The translations under genes and the position numbers were made by a program. This document shows positions 31,141 to 39,717 of a stretch of DNA of 64,000 bases, piece by piece; position 1 is the stretch's first letter, and the number at the start of each line of letters is the position of its first letter. Below the pieces are notes generated by a model, which saw nothing but the letters and a program-made list of their open reading frames with translations, had not been told where the DNA came from and searched no databases. Origin of the DNA: Phycisphaerae bacterium (lineage in GTDB: Bacteria; Planctomycetota; Phycisphaerae; UBA1845; Fen-1342); assembly GCA_963675745.2 (NCBI GenBank), contig CAXXWX010000016.1, forward strand, positions 160,001 to 224,000, given 5' to 3'.

Positions 31141-31803
31141 TCACGCCTCTGTGCGCGCCGCGCGCTGCTCGCGCAACCAGGCGAGCCAGCTATCCATACC
31201 CTGCCCCGTTCGAGCCGCGAGCTCGATCAGCGGGGCCCGTGTGTTGATGCGCGACAGGTCGTCACGCACTTGATCAATCGCAAAGTCGAGCACGCCGCTC
31301 AGATCCATCTTGGTGAGCAGGATGGCGTCGGCGCGTTGAAAAAGTGTCGGGTACTTGGCGACCTTGTCGTCACCCTCGGGGACGCTCAGCAACACAACCC
31401 GCAGGTGCTCGCCGAGGTCAAAGGCCGCCGGACAGACCATGTTGCCGACGTTCTCAATAAACAGATAGCCCACGCCCTCCAGGTCGAGCGTGCCCAACCC
31501 CTCCGCCACCTGGGCGGCGTCGAGGTGGCAGCCGCGCCCGGTGTTTATCTGCGTGATCGATGCCGCCAGGTCACTGAGCCGCTCGGCGTCGCGCGACGTC
31601 TGCAAGTCCCCCACCAGCACCGCGGCCCGGCACTCGCCGGCCAGCGCCGCCAGCGTCTTCTCCAGCAGCGTTGTCTTGCCGCTGCCGGGCGCGCTCATCA
31701 GGTTGAGCGTCAGCAAACCGGCGGCCGTCATGCGCTGGCGGTTCTCGCGCGCCAGTGCGTCATTGACCTTGAGCACGCTTTCAACGACGTTCACTTTCTT
31801 CAT
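31141..31803 (-). CDS. hypB: Hydrogenase nickel-insertion GTPase
   Basis: SAPGSGKTT, GCHLDA, ENVGNMVCPA, TKMD. Confidence 0.95.
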   Translation of the reverse strand: MKKVNVVESVLKVNDALARENRQRMTAAGLLTLNLMSAPGSGKTTLLEKTLAALAGECRAAVLVGDLQTSRDAERLSDLAASITQINTGRGCHLDAAQVAEGLGTLDLEGVGYLFIENVGNMVCPAAFDLGEHLRVVLLSVPEGDDKVAKYPTLFQRADAILLTKMDLSGVLDFAIDQVRDDLSRINTRAPLIELAARTGQGMDSWLAWLREQRAARTEA

Positions 31804-32168
31804 GTCGCATCCGCGCTTTCCGCGAGCTCCAATACAACCGATCTCAGAATAATCTCGTTGCCGTCGATGATGCGCACATCGGCCTGCCCACATTCGGGGC
31901 AGGCGAAGCTGTAATCCACATCCGGCTCGAACCGCCGACCGCAACGCCGGCACTCCGCCAGCGCCGGCACCTCAACCATCTTCAACTCGGCGCCGGCGGC
32001 GATACTCTCCGTTCGCACGGCTTCCCAGGACATCGCCAGCGCCTCGGGCACGACCATTTGCATCCGCCCGATTGCCAGCTCAACCTCTGCCACGCGTTCA
32101 GCACCTTGCTCGCCCGCGTGCGCGAGCACCTGCTCGAGGACGTTTACTGCGATCGACATCTCGTGCAC
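31800..32168 (-). CDS. hypA: Hydrogenase nickel metallochaperone
   Basis: GTG start giving MHEMSIA; CRRC...CPEC. Confidence 0.93.
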   Translation of the reverse strand: MHEMSIAVNVLEQVLAHAGEQGAERVAEVELAIGRMQMVVPEALAMSWEAVRTESIAAGAELKMVEVPALAECRRCGRRFEPDVDYSFACPECGQADVRIIDGNEIILRSVVLELAESADAT

Positions 32169-32238
32169 AGCGCTGAAACTCCACGTTCTCTTTGCTGCGC
32201 GCCGTCGCGGACCCGCCGCGGGCGCGCTCATCGCGACC

Positions 32239-33255
32239 TCAACATATCCGCGGCAGATCCTCGCCATACGGACGCTGCACCACGCGCCGGCCGCCCACTG
32301 ACGTCAACAGCTCAACCATCGGTGTCTCGGCCGAGCGCAACCGGCCGATCACCGCCGCGTGCCGCCCAAGCGGGTGCGCCCGGCAGGCTTTCAGCACGCG
32401 CTCGGCGTCCTCCCGCGGCACCACGGCAACACATTTGCCCTCGTTGGCAACCGTTAACGGATCCAATCCGAGCAGTTCGGCCGCATGCCGCGCCATCGGC
32501 GTGAGCGGTACGGCGTCTTCCTCGATCTCTACGGCCAGACCCGTGCTCTCCACGATGTCAGCCAGCACGCCGGCCAGACCACCACGCGTTGGGTCACGCA
32601 GAAACCGCAGGTCGGCCCCGGTCGCAAACATGCAGCCGATCAAATCACCCAATGGTGCCGCGTCGCTCCGCAGGTCGGTCTCGAACGCCAACCCCTCGCG
32701 CGCCGACATCACGGCCAGGCCATGCTCCGCGATCCCGCCGTTGATAATGATCACGTCGCCGGGGCAAACGCGGCCCACGTCGACTCGTGCATCATCGCGC
32801 ATCTCGCCGACGCCGGCGGTCGTGATTGTCAGGCCGTCCACGCCGCGGCGCTCGATGACCTTGGTGTCTCCCGTGCCGATCACCACACCCGCCTCGCGCG
32901 CGGTAGCGGCAATCGAGTCGATAATTCGGCCAAGCGTCGCCAACGGCAACCCTTCCTCTATCACCAGTGCCAGGCTCAGCACTTTCGGCGTCGCACCGGC
33001 CACTGCCAGATCATTCACCGTTCCACATACGGCCAGACGCCCGATATCGCCGCCCGGAAACTCCAGCGGCTGTACGACGAACGCATCGGTGGTCATGCAA
33101 ACGGCGCCGCTCATCGGCGATATAACCGCCGAGTCAGACAGCGGATTGAGCAACGGGTTGCCGAGCTTGGGCACGATGTGCTCTGCCAGCAGGCGCCGCA
33201 TCAGCTCCCCCCCACCGCCATGCGCCAGCACAATTCGCTCGTCGGCCGCGGTCAT
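32239..33255 (-). CDS. hypE: Hydrogenase maturation protein HypE
   Basis: LAHGGGG, GTVNDLA, RDPTRGG, C-terminal LPRIC. Confidence 0.96.
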   Translation of the reverse strand: MTAADERIVLAHGGGGELMRRLLAEHIVPKLGNPLLNPLSDSAVISPMSGAVCMTTDAFVVQPLEFPGGDIGRLAVCGTVNDLAVAGATPKVLSLALVIEEGLPLATLGRIIDSIAATAREAGVVIGTGDTKVIERRGVDGLTITTAGVGEMRDDARVDVGRVCPGDVIIINGGIAEHGLAVMSAREGLAFETDLRSDAAPLGDLIGCMFATGADLRFLRDPTRGGLAGVLADIVESTGLAVEIEEDAVPLTPMARHAAELLGLDPLTVANEGKCVAVVPREDAERVLKACRAHPLGRHAAVIGRLRSAETPMVELLTSVGGRRVVQRPYGEDLPRIC

Positions 33256-34355
33256 CAGTTGCGTGCCCCCGCTTCCGCGTATCGGCCGGGCCGGCCATAT
33301 TTGTGCCAGGCGGCGCAGGTACCCTCACTGCTCACCATGCACGGGCCGATGGGCCGCGTCGGCGAACACGTCGTTCCAAACAGCGAACACGCCACCGGAT
33401 CCACCTTCCCTTGAATGACCTCGCCGCAAAGGCACCCCGGCGGCTCGTGGTCAGCGCCATACGTCACACCGAGCGCGTGCCGCGCATCAAAACGTCGATA
33501 CTCCTCGCGCAATTCCAGGCCGCTGCGCGGTATCGTGCCCATGGCGCGCCAGACGGCATCTTGCACCGCGAATACGCGATCAATGCAGGCCCGCCCGGCC
33601 GAGTTGCCGTCGTGGTTCACCGCGACGCCGTATACGTTCTCGACCGACGCATTACCCGCAACGGCCTGCTCAACCAAGCGCAGAATCCCTGTCAGCATTT
33701 GCGCCGGCTCGAATCCGACCACAACGCACGGCTTGTGAAACTGAGTGGCGATCGGCTGATAGGCGTCGGAGCCGATGACAACGCTCACATGCCCCGGACA
33801 CATGAATCCGTCAATCGGAACGTCGCCGGCGGCCAGCAACGCAGTCATCGCGGGAATCACGAGCTTATGCGCTGACAGGATGGTGAAATTCGTGAGCTGC
33901 GCTGCCTCAGCTTCCAGCACCGCCGCCGCAGTCGCGGGCGCGGTCGTCTCAAACCCGACCGCGAGGAAGACAACCTGCTCGCTCGGGTGACGCGTGGCAT
34001 ACTGCACGGAGTCGCGCGCCGAGTAAACCACGCGTACGCGCGCCCCTCGGCCGCGGCACGCTTCGAGGCTGTCCAGCCGACCGGGCACGCGTACCATGTC
34101 GCCATAGGTACAGATGGTCAATTCAGGGCGCGCGGTTAGCTCGCAGGCGGCGTCGATATACGCGCTGGAAGTGACACAGACCGGACACCCGGGCCCGCTG
34201 ATCAGCCGAACGCGCTCGGGCAGCATCGACTTGATGCCGCTGCGGAACAAGGCGACGGTGTGCGTGCCGCAGACCTCCATGATCCGGATGGGGTCGCAGT
34301 TGCGCAGCAGGCGGCCGATTCGTCCGATAATGTCTTGTGCATCCACGTGTGCCAC
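33255..34355 (-). CDS. hypD: Hydrogenase maturation protein HypD
   Basis: MEVCGTHT, GPGCPVCV, GFETT, PGHVS, CMVSSEGTC. Confidence 0.96.
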   Translation of the reverse strand: MAHVDAQDIIGRIGRLLRNCDPIRIMEVCGTHTVALFRSGIKSMLPERVRLISGPGCPVCVTSSAYIDAACELTARPELTICTYGDMVRVPGRLDSLEACRGRGARVRVVYSARDSVQYATRHPSEQVVFLAVGFETTAPATAAAVLEAEAAQLTNFTILSAHKLVIPAMTALLAAGDVPIDGFMCPGHVSVVIGSDAYQPIATQFHKPCVVVGFEPAQMLTGILRLVEQAVAGNASVENVYGVAVNHDGNSAGRACIDRVFAVQDAVWRAMGTIPRSGLELREEYRRFDARHALGVTYGADHEPPGCLCGEVIQGKVDPVACSLFGTTCSPTRPIGPCMVSSEGTCAAWHKYGRPGRYAEAGARN

Positions 34356-34376
34356 AAATCTGCCGTGTACCGTTGC

Positions 34377-34652
34377 CTAGGCGTCGTCCCCGTTGTCCTG
34401 CCCGGGGACTTCATCCACGAGCTCCGCTTCCTTCAGGTACTTCCACGTCTCAAGCGCCTCCGCCTCATCCAGCACCGATAGCGCATAGCCGGCATGCACC
34501 AGCAGCCAATCACCAACGGCTGCCTCGGGTGTAAATGCGAGGCCTATCTCCAACCGGCTGCCCTGAAAATCCACTGTGCCGACACGCCCGGTTGGCGTCC
34601 CATCCGGACCGCCGGCGATCTCAATCAGCTTTCCGGGAACCGCAAGGCACAT
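34377..34652 (-). CDS. hypC: Hydrogenase assembly chaperone
   Basis: MCLAVP, LLVHAGYA. Confidence 0.96.
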   Translation of the reverse strand: MCLAVPGKLIEIAGGPDGTPTGRVGTVDFQGSRLEIGLAFTPEAAVGDWLLVHAGYALSVLDEAEALETWKYLKEAELVDEVPGQDNGDDA

Positions 34653-34703
34653 CCGCTGACTCCGGCATCATGAGGGCAACACACGCTTGACACAATATAG
34701 CGA

Positions 34704-34719
34704 TGTGAAATCATTCACA
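34704..34719. promoter_or_regulatory. Rex-like (or CRP/FNR-family) operator upstream of the hyp-hox operon
   Basis: TGTGAA-ATCA-TTCACA, 52 bp upstream of hypC and next to a minus-strand -10-like TATATT (34694-34699). Confidence 0.6.
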
Positions 34720-34974
34720 GCGCTTCGCGCTTCATGTTGCAAGTGGCGTTCCGCCGAGGGTCGGCATTGCCCGCCCTTCCCGTCGCACACTCGCCCTAAA
34801 TACGCTTTTCTCAAGAGGATAACCGAACTTGCGCGCGGGTGTTAACCCGCAAGGCTGCGGATAATTACACACGACTTGCCCCAGCGCGCCAGATTGCTTG
34901 AATACCAATACGCACGATTAATATATTAATCATTGGCGGCCTGCAATGGGATTGCTCATCGCGGGCTGGGGATA

Positions 34975-35883
34975 ATCGGGTAGCCGGGGAGGTTGCCCTG
35001 CCCCGGCTCCCACACCACCGTACGTACGGTTCCGTATACGGCGGTTCACGAGCAACCCGCGAGTCGCCGATGCTCGTCCATCAGGCTGATCAGCCCGAGT
35101 CCGCGCAGTTCGGAGGTCGGGACGGCGTGGTTCATGTGACGGGCCCCGGCGTTCCACCAGGGACCACGCCCATTCCACGCCGACTGCCGGGCCCGCTCAT
35201 GATCCAGGCCCCGCCGGCACAGCTCCCTGAACTGGGTCCGGTGTCGCTTCCACTGTCGCCACAGGATGCAGCGCAGTTTTCGTCGTAACCACTGGTCCAG
35301 TTGCTCGAAGCTCGCCTTGACCTCCGCGAGCTTGTAGTACGCCACCCAGCCCCGCAGTACGCGGGTCAGGGATTCGGCGACGCGGGCGAGGTTGCAACCC
35401 CGTCCGCGACGCAGCATGGGGCGGAGCTTGGCCTTCAATCGGTGCACCGATTGCGGGGCCACCTTCAGCTTCGGCTGCCGGTGCATGGTCACGGTGTAGC
35501 CCAGGAACTTGCGGGTCCAGGGCCGATCCACCGCGCTCTTCTCACGGTTCACGTGGAGACGCAGTCGCTCCGTCACGAACCGCTCCACCGAATCGAGCAC
35601 CCGTTCGCCCGCACGCCTGGACCGCACGTAGATGTTGCAGTCGTCAGCATAGCGAACGAATCGATGGCCGCGCCGTTCCAGCTCCTTGTCCAGCTCATCG
35701 AGCAGGACGTTGCTCAACAGCGGCGATAGCGGCCCACCCTGCGGTGTGCCCTCGGCCCGGGGCGAGACCAGCCCGCCCTCCATCATCCCCGCCTGTAGAT
35801 AGCGGCGGAGGAGGAGTAACACCTTCTTGTCCTTGACCCGGCGCGCCACGCGTGACATGAGCACGTCGTGGTTCACCCGGTCG
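34975..35883 (-). mobile_element. 3' part of a class C-like group II intron (RT C-terminal half, domains V-VI)
   Basis: Minus-strand DV GAACCGCCGTATACGGAACCGTACGTACGGTGGTGT, DVI ending ...CTACCCGAT at 34975. Confidence 0.9.
35046..35883 (-). pseudogene. ltrA: Group II intron RT/maturase, C-terminal half
   Basis: FDRVNHD, GTPQGGPLSPLLSN, RYADD, KFLGY, maturase X domain; cut at the FFD motif. Confidence 0.9.
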
Positions 35884-35956
35884 AAGGAACACACGACACA
35901 CTACCCACATCCGCGACCTTCCCGCCACCGTCACGGTCCTCCGTAAACGTCATCCG

Positions 35957-36415
35957 ATGGAAGGTAAGGCGCTGCGCATCCATGGACATCTTCATCGAAA
36001 CGGTTGCTACCTTCTGGTGTTGGAGTTGCCGGACGGCACACGATCGCTGATCCCGGCCTGCTGGACCGATCTGGACAGAGTGTCGTCACCAACTCCTGAC
36101 GCCGAGACCCCGTCGAGCACATCACAATTGCTCGGATTGGTTCGTGACTTGCTCCAGGCCCGCAAGGTCGTGGATGCTCTGCTGCGAAGGCTGGAGGCTC
36201 AATCGCCATCAGCGAATGGCCTTTCGCAGGAGGAGCGCCGCGATGCAATACCAACTGGAGTTCTGGCCCACGACGGAGGTGGTTCTCCACAAGCACGAGC
36301 CATGGGAGAACTTGGGCATCAACGAGCAAGCCGAGCGAATCGCCCTGTTGGCGCGCTTGATCGCAAAGGCCGTATGTCCGGAGCGGGACGACGCGACGCA
36401 GGAGAGCAGCCATGA
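35957..36415 (+). CDS. DUF5372-like accessory protein; frame stays open 5' to the element end
   Basis: VTVLRKRHP..G..LELPDGTRSLIPACWTDL pattern (family call from recall); TGA overlaps the recombinase ATG (ATGA). Confidence 0.65.
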   Translation: MEGKALRIHGHLHRNGCYLLVLELPDGTRSLIPACWTDLDRVSSPTPDAETPSSTSQLLGLVRDLLQARKVVDALLRRLEAQSPSANGLSQEERRDAIPTGVLAHDGGGSPQARAMGELGHQRASRANRPVGALDRKGRMSGAGRRDAGEQP

Positions 36416-36422
36416 GCAGTAA
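36243..36422 (+). CDS. Small (59 aa) accessory protein overlapping the recombinase start
   Basis: Strong SD AGGAGGAG before ATG 36243; MQYQLEFW..W..ALLARLI; stop lies inside the recombinase 5' end. Confidence 0.55.
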   Translation: MQYQLEFWPTTEVVLHKHEPWENLGINEQAERIALLARLIAKAVCPERDDATQESSHEQ

Positions 36423-38634
36423 CGAGAAGATCAAACCGACTCACTTGGATCGCAACGCCTACGTGTACGTGCGTCAGTCCACGGCCACGCAAGTTCAACA
36501 CAACCGCGAGTCTACCCGCCGACAGTACAAGTTGGTGGATCGCGCCATCTCTTTGGGATGGCCGAAGGAGCGAGTCAAAGTCATTGACGAGGACCTGGCC
36601 CGCTCGGGCGCCGGCAACGTGGAACGCGACGGGTTCACCCGAATGACGGCCGAGGCGGCCCTGGGGCAGGTCGGGCTGATCCTCTCGATCGAAGTCTCAC
36701 GCGTCGCGCGCAACAATGCCGACTGGTATCGGCTGCTGGATCTGTGCGGCGTGACCGACACGCTGATCGGCGACGAAGACGGTCTGTACCACGCCGGCCT
36801 GTTCAACGATCGACTGCTCCTTGGACTGAAGGGCACGATGGCGGAAGCCGAACTGCACGTCATTCGGGCCCGGCTGGATGGTGGTATCCGCAACAAGGCT
36901 GCACGCGGCGAGTTGCGTCGCGGGCTTCCGGTCGGCTTTGTCTGGGGCGAAGACGACGGCGAAGTGCTTTTTCATCCCGACCAAGCCGTCACGGGCGCGA
37001 TCCGGGCCGTCTTTGACAAGTTTGCTGAAGTCGGGTCGGCCCGACAGGTCTGGCTCTGGTTCCGAGGTGAAGGGCTCCATTTTCCGCTACAGGCGAACGG
37101 TCTGCGCGAGATCCGCTGGGTGACGCCGACCTACACCGCCATTCACAACATCCTGACCAACCCGGTCTATGCAGGCGCTTACACGTATGGTAAGACTCGC
37201 CAGGAACGATATGTGGACAAAAGCGGTCGGCTCAGGAAGCGGCTGCGCCGCTTGCCGCAATCCGAGTGGGCCGTGCTGATCCAGGATCACCACGAAGGCT
37301 TCGTTGACTGGAACACCTATGAGATGAACCAGGCCCGCCTCAAGCAGAACACCCGCCCGCGTCCTCATCAGGCTGGCGGCGCGGTCCGTGAAGGCACGGC
37401 ACTGCTGCAAGGCATCGCGACCTGCGCCGCCTGTGGACGCCGCCTGAATGTTTACTACCAGGGCCGCAACGCCACGCCCGGCTACTACTGTCCCAGCAGC
37501 AACATCGCCAACGGCAGGGGACGCTGGTGCATGCGCGTCGGCGGAGCGCGGATCGACAAGGCGGTCAGCGCTGCCTTCCTGGAAGCGGTCGCTCCGGCGG
37601 GCATGCGGGCCGCGCTGCAAGCCGAAGAGCTGATCGACGCCGAATACGACAGTGCAGTAGCGCAATGGCGTCTGCAGGTCGAGCAAGCCCATTACCAAGC
37701 CGAGCGGGCTGAGCGTCGTTACCGATCAGTGGAGCCGGAGAACCGCCTGGTGGCTCGAACCCTGGAAGCCGAGTGGAACAAGCGGCTCGACGAACTGACC
37801 ACCGCCGAGGCCGAACTGGCGCGCCGAGAGCATCAACGTCCCGAACGTCTGACTGACCGGCAACGTGAGCGCATTCATCGACTTGGCGCAGACCTGAATC
37901 GCGTATGGGAAGCGTCCACAACGACGGACCGCGATCGCAAGGAGCTACTGCGATCCATGCTCGAGGAAGTCAACATCGCCGTGAACCGCACTGATGCCCA
38001 GGCGCACGTAACGCTCCGTTGGCGTGGCGGGCTGTTCACCGAGATCGATGTGCCGCTCTGGCATCCCAAGGAGACGGTCGTCCGCACTGATGAAGATACC
38101 GTGGATCTCCTGCGGCGACTGGCCGAGCACCATCCCGACGCGATGATCGCCGGTATCCTCAACCGCCAAGGGCGGAAGACCGTCCGCGGCCTGCGCTTCA
38201 GCGCCAACCGTGTCAGCAGCCTGCGGCGAAGTTGGAAGATCCCACGCTACCAGCCGCCAGATACTCCTCCCGAGGGCGAGTTGGTTACCGTGGAGAGAGC
38301 GGCGAAGATCCTCGGTACCGCACCTTCGACCGTACATCGCTGGATCAACGATGGGTTCATCGCCGGCCAGCAGGTGACTCCCGGCGCGCCCTGGCAAATT
38401 CGCGTTGCCGACGACTGGAAGGAACGCTTTGTCGAAGAGCCGCCGCCGGGCTATGTGGCGATGCAGGTCGCAACCCGAATCCTCGGCGTCTCGCGCCAGA
38501 CCGTCTTGCAACGTGTAAAGCGCGGCGAGCTGCAGGCGGTGCATGTGTGCCGCGGCAGGCGCAAAGGCCTTCGTATCAGAGTGTTAGATAATCAGCCGGG
38601 TCTCTTCGACGCGAATCAAAAAGCAGGGGTGTAG
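36412..38634 (+). CDS. Large serine recombinase (resolvase, recombinase, Zn ribbon, coiled coil, C-terminal HTHs)
   Basis: YVRQST catalytic Ser, SRVARN, NPVYAG, CAAC..YYC..WC, two terminal HTH-like segments. Confidence 0.93.
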   Translation: MSSNEKIKPTHLDRNAYVYVRQSTATQVQHNRESTRRQYKLVDRAISLGWPKERVKVIDEDLARSGAGNVERDGFTRMTAEAALGQVGLILSIEVSRVARNNADWYRLLDLCGVTDTLIGDEDGLYHAGLFNDRLLLGLKGTMAEAELHVIRARLDGGIRNKAARGELRRGLPVGFVWGEDDGEVLFHPDQAVTGAIRAVFDKFAEVGSARQVWLWFRGEGLHFPLQANGLREIRWVTPTYTAIHNILTNPVYAGAYTYGKTRQERYVDKSGRLRKRLRRLPQSEWAVLIQDHHEGFVDWNTYEMNQARLKQNTRPRPHQAGGAVREGTALLQGIATCAACGRRLNVYYQGRNATPGYYCPSSNIANGRGRWCMRVGGARIDKAVSAAFLEAVAPAGMRAALQAEELIDAEYDSAVAQWRLQVEQAHYQAERAERRYRSVEPENRLVARTLEAEWNKRLDELTTAEAELARREHQRPERLTDRQRERIHRLGADLNRVWEASTTTDRDRKELLRSMLEEVNIAVNRTDAQAHVTLRWRGGLFTEIDVPLWHPKETVVRTDEDTVDLLRRLAEHHPDAMIAGILNRQGRKTVRGLRFSANRVSSLRRSWKIPRYQPPDTPPEGELVTVERAAKILGTAPSTVHRWINDGFIAGQQVTPGAPWQIRVADDWKERFVEEPPPGYVAMQVATRILGVSRQTVLQRVKRGELQAVHVCRGRRKGLRIRVLDNQPGLFDANQKAGV

Positions 38635-38950
38635 TATGATGATGTCTCCAAGAACCCACGGATGTCGACGTCGAGCACCCAGTTCACCTTCCTCGTCAGC
38701 AGTCCGGTGTACAGGGCGTCCAGCGCGTTGTGCTGGCTGCGCCCCGGCCGGAAGCCGTACGAGAAGCCGAGGAAGTCAGTTTCGTAGATGGCGTTCAACA
38801 CCTCGACCGTGGCCCGGTTGTAAACTGGACGAGCTTGTCTTCCAGCACGGGCACACCGAGCGGCCTTTGCCGCCCGTCGGCTTTGGCGATGTACACCCTA
38901 CGAACCGGCTTGGCTCGGTACGCTCCGCGTTTGAGCCGCGCGGAAAGGTC

Positions 38951-39580
38951 GCGGCGCTGCCACCGATTCAAAACCCGCCACGGAGGCGCCTCCCGGGGCG
39001 ACCACTGCGGAGATCACATCCCTGGAGGCGTCGGAGGTTCTCCTCCAGCGCCTCGCCGTAGGCTTTCCACGTCTGCCCGTCTACACCCGGCGCGGCATCC
39101 CGCTTGAGGCGGAAGTACGCCTCCCGCAGCGTGTCCAGGTTGTAAACGTGGTGCGCTTTCCGGCATTTCGGCGGCGTGCCCAAGACGCTGGTGTCGACAA
39201 CCTCAAGGCTGCGGTCATCAAGGCCGACTGGTTCGACCCGGATCTCAAGGAGCGCGGTGAACCGCATCTTCCTATCACTTCTTGCCGCATGGCGTATCCG
39301 CTCCAACGCACTGGGCAGGTCACTGGAGCGGCGGTAGGTGCATCCCCTTGGCTGTGTCCGCGGTTTCCCGCTCACACGGTACGCATCTTCGACCGGCGTG
39401 CCCGTGTAGGGTTCGCCATATCCGTCTCCTTCGCCCGGCACGGTGTCCGGGACCTGTTTTGCTGGCGCGGATTCCCTTTGGCCAAGCCCAATTCGAGTTC
39501 ATGGATGACCATCCGATCATCCGGAGTCTGGGCGACTACGAACAGTTCGTCCAAACCGCTTTTCGGGAGACAAAGCTATG
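38951..39580 (+). mobile_element. IS21 istA-like fragments interleaved with intron sequence
   Basis: AFRHFGGVPKTLV.DNLKAAVIKADWFDPDL (about 39154-39246), HTVRIFD, EFMDDHPIIRSLGDY. Confidence 0.65.
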
Positions 39581-39717
39581 ATGGTAGAAACACTTCGAGC
39601 CCCTGGCGTCCAAATCGTGGTCGCCGATCCCCTTGAGGGGGAACCAGCGTACCCAGGTTCCCCCTCAAACTCCCCCTCCTTCCTTCATTCCCCTCCGGCG
39701 GGAAGGAGGTGGCGTCT

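Larger units (their letters stand above)
35886..38651 (+). mobile_element. Compact large-serine-recombinase integrative element (about 2.77 kb) inserted in an intron RT gene
   Basis: AA(G) core repeated at 35884-35886 and 38650-38652; joined ends form a symmetric attP-like site; removal restores the RT frame. Confidence 0.85.

Noticed and set aside
34905..34940. AT-rich palindrome as a dif site
   Set aside because: Lacks the ATAA-N6-TTAT core and the XerD arm TTATGTTAAAT.
35046..35894. RT as a retron, DGR or CRISPR-associated RT
   Set aside because: Has a maturase X domain followed directly by canonical DV/DVI; no template/variable repeat pair, msr-msd or cas genes were seen.
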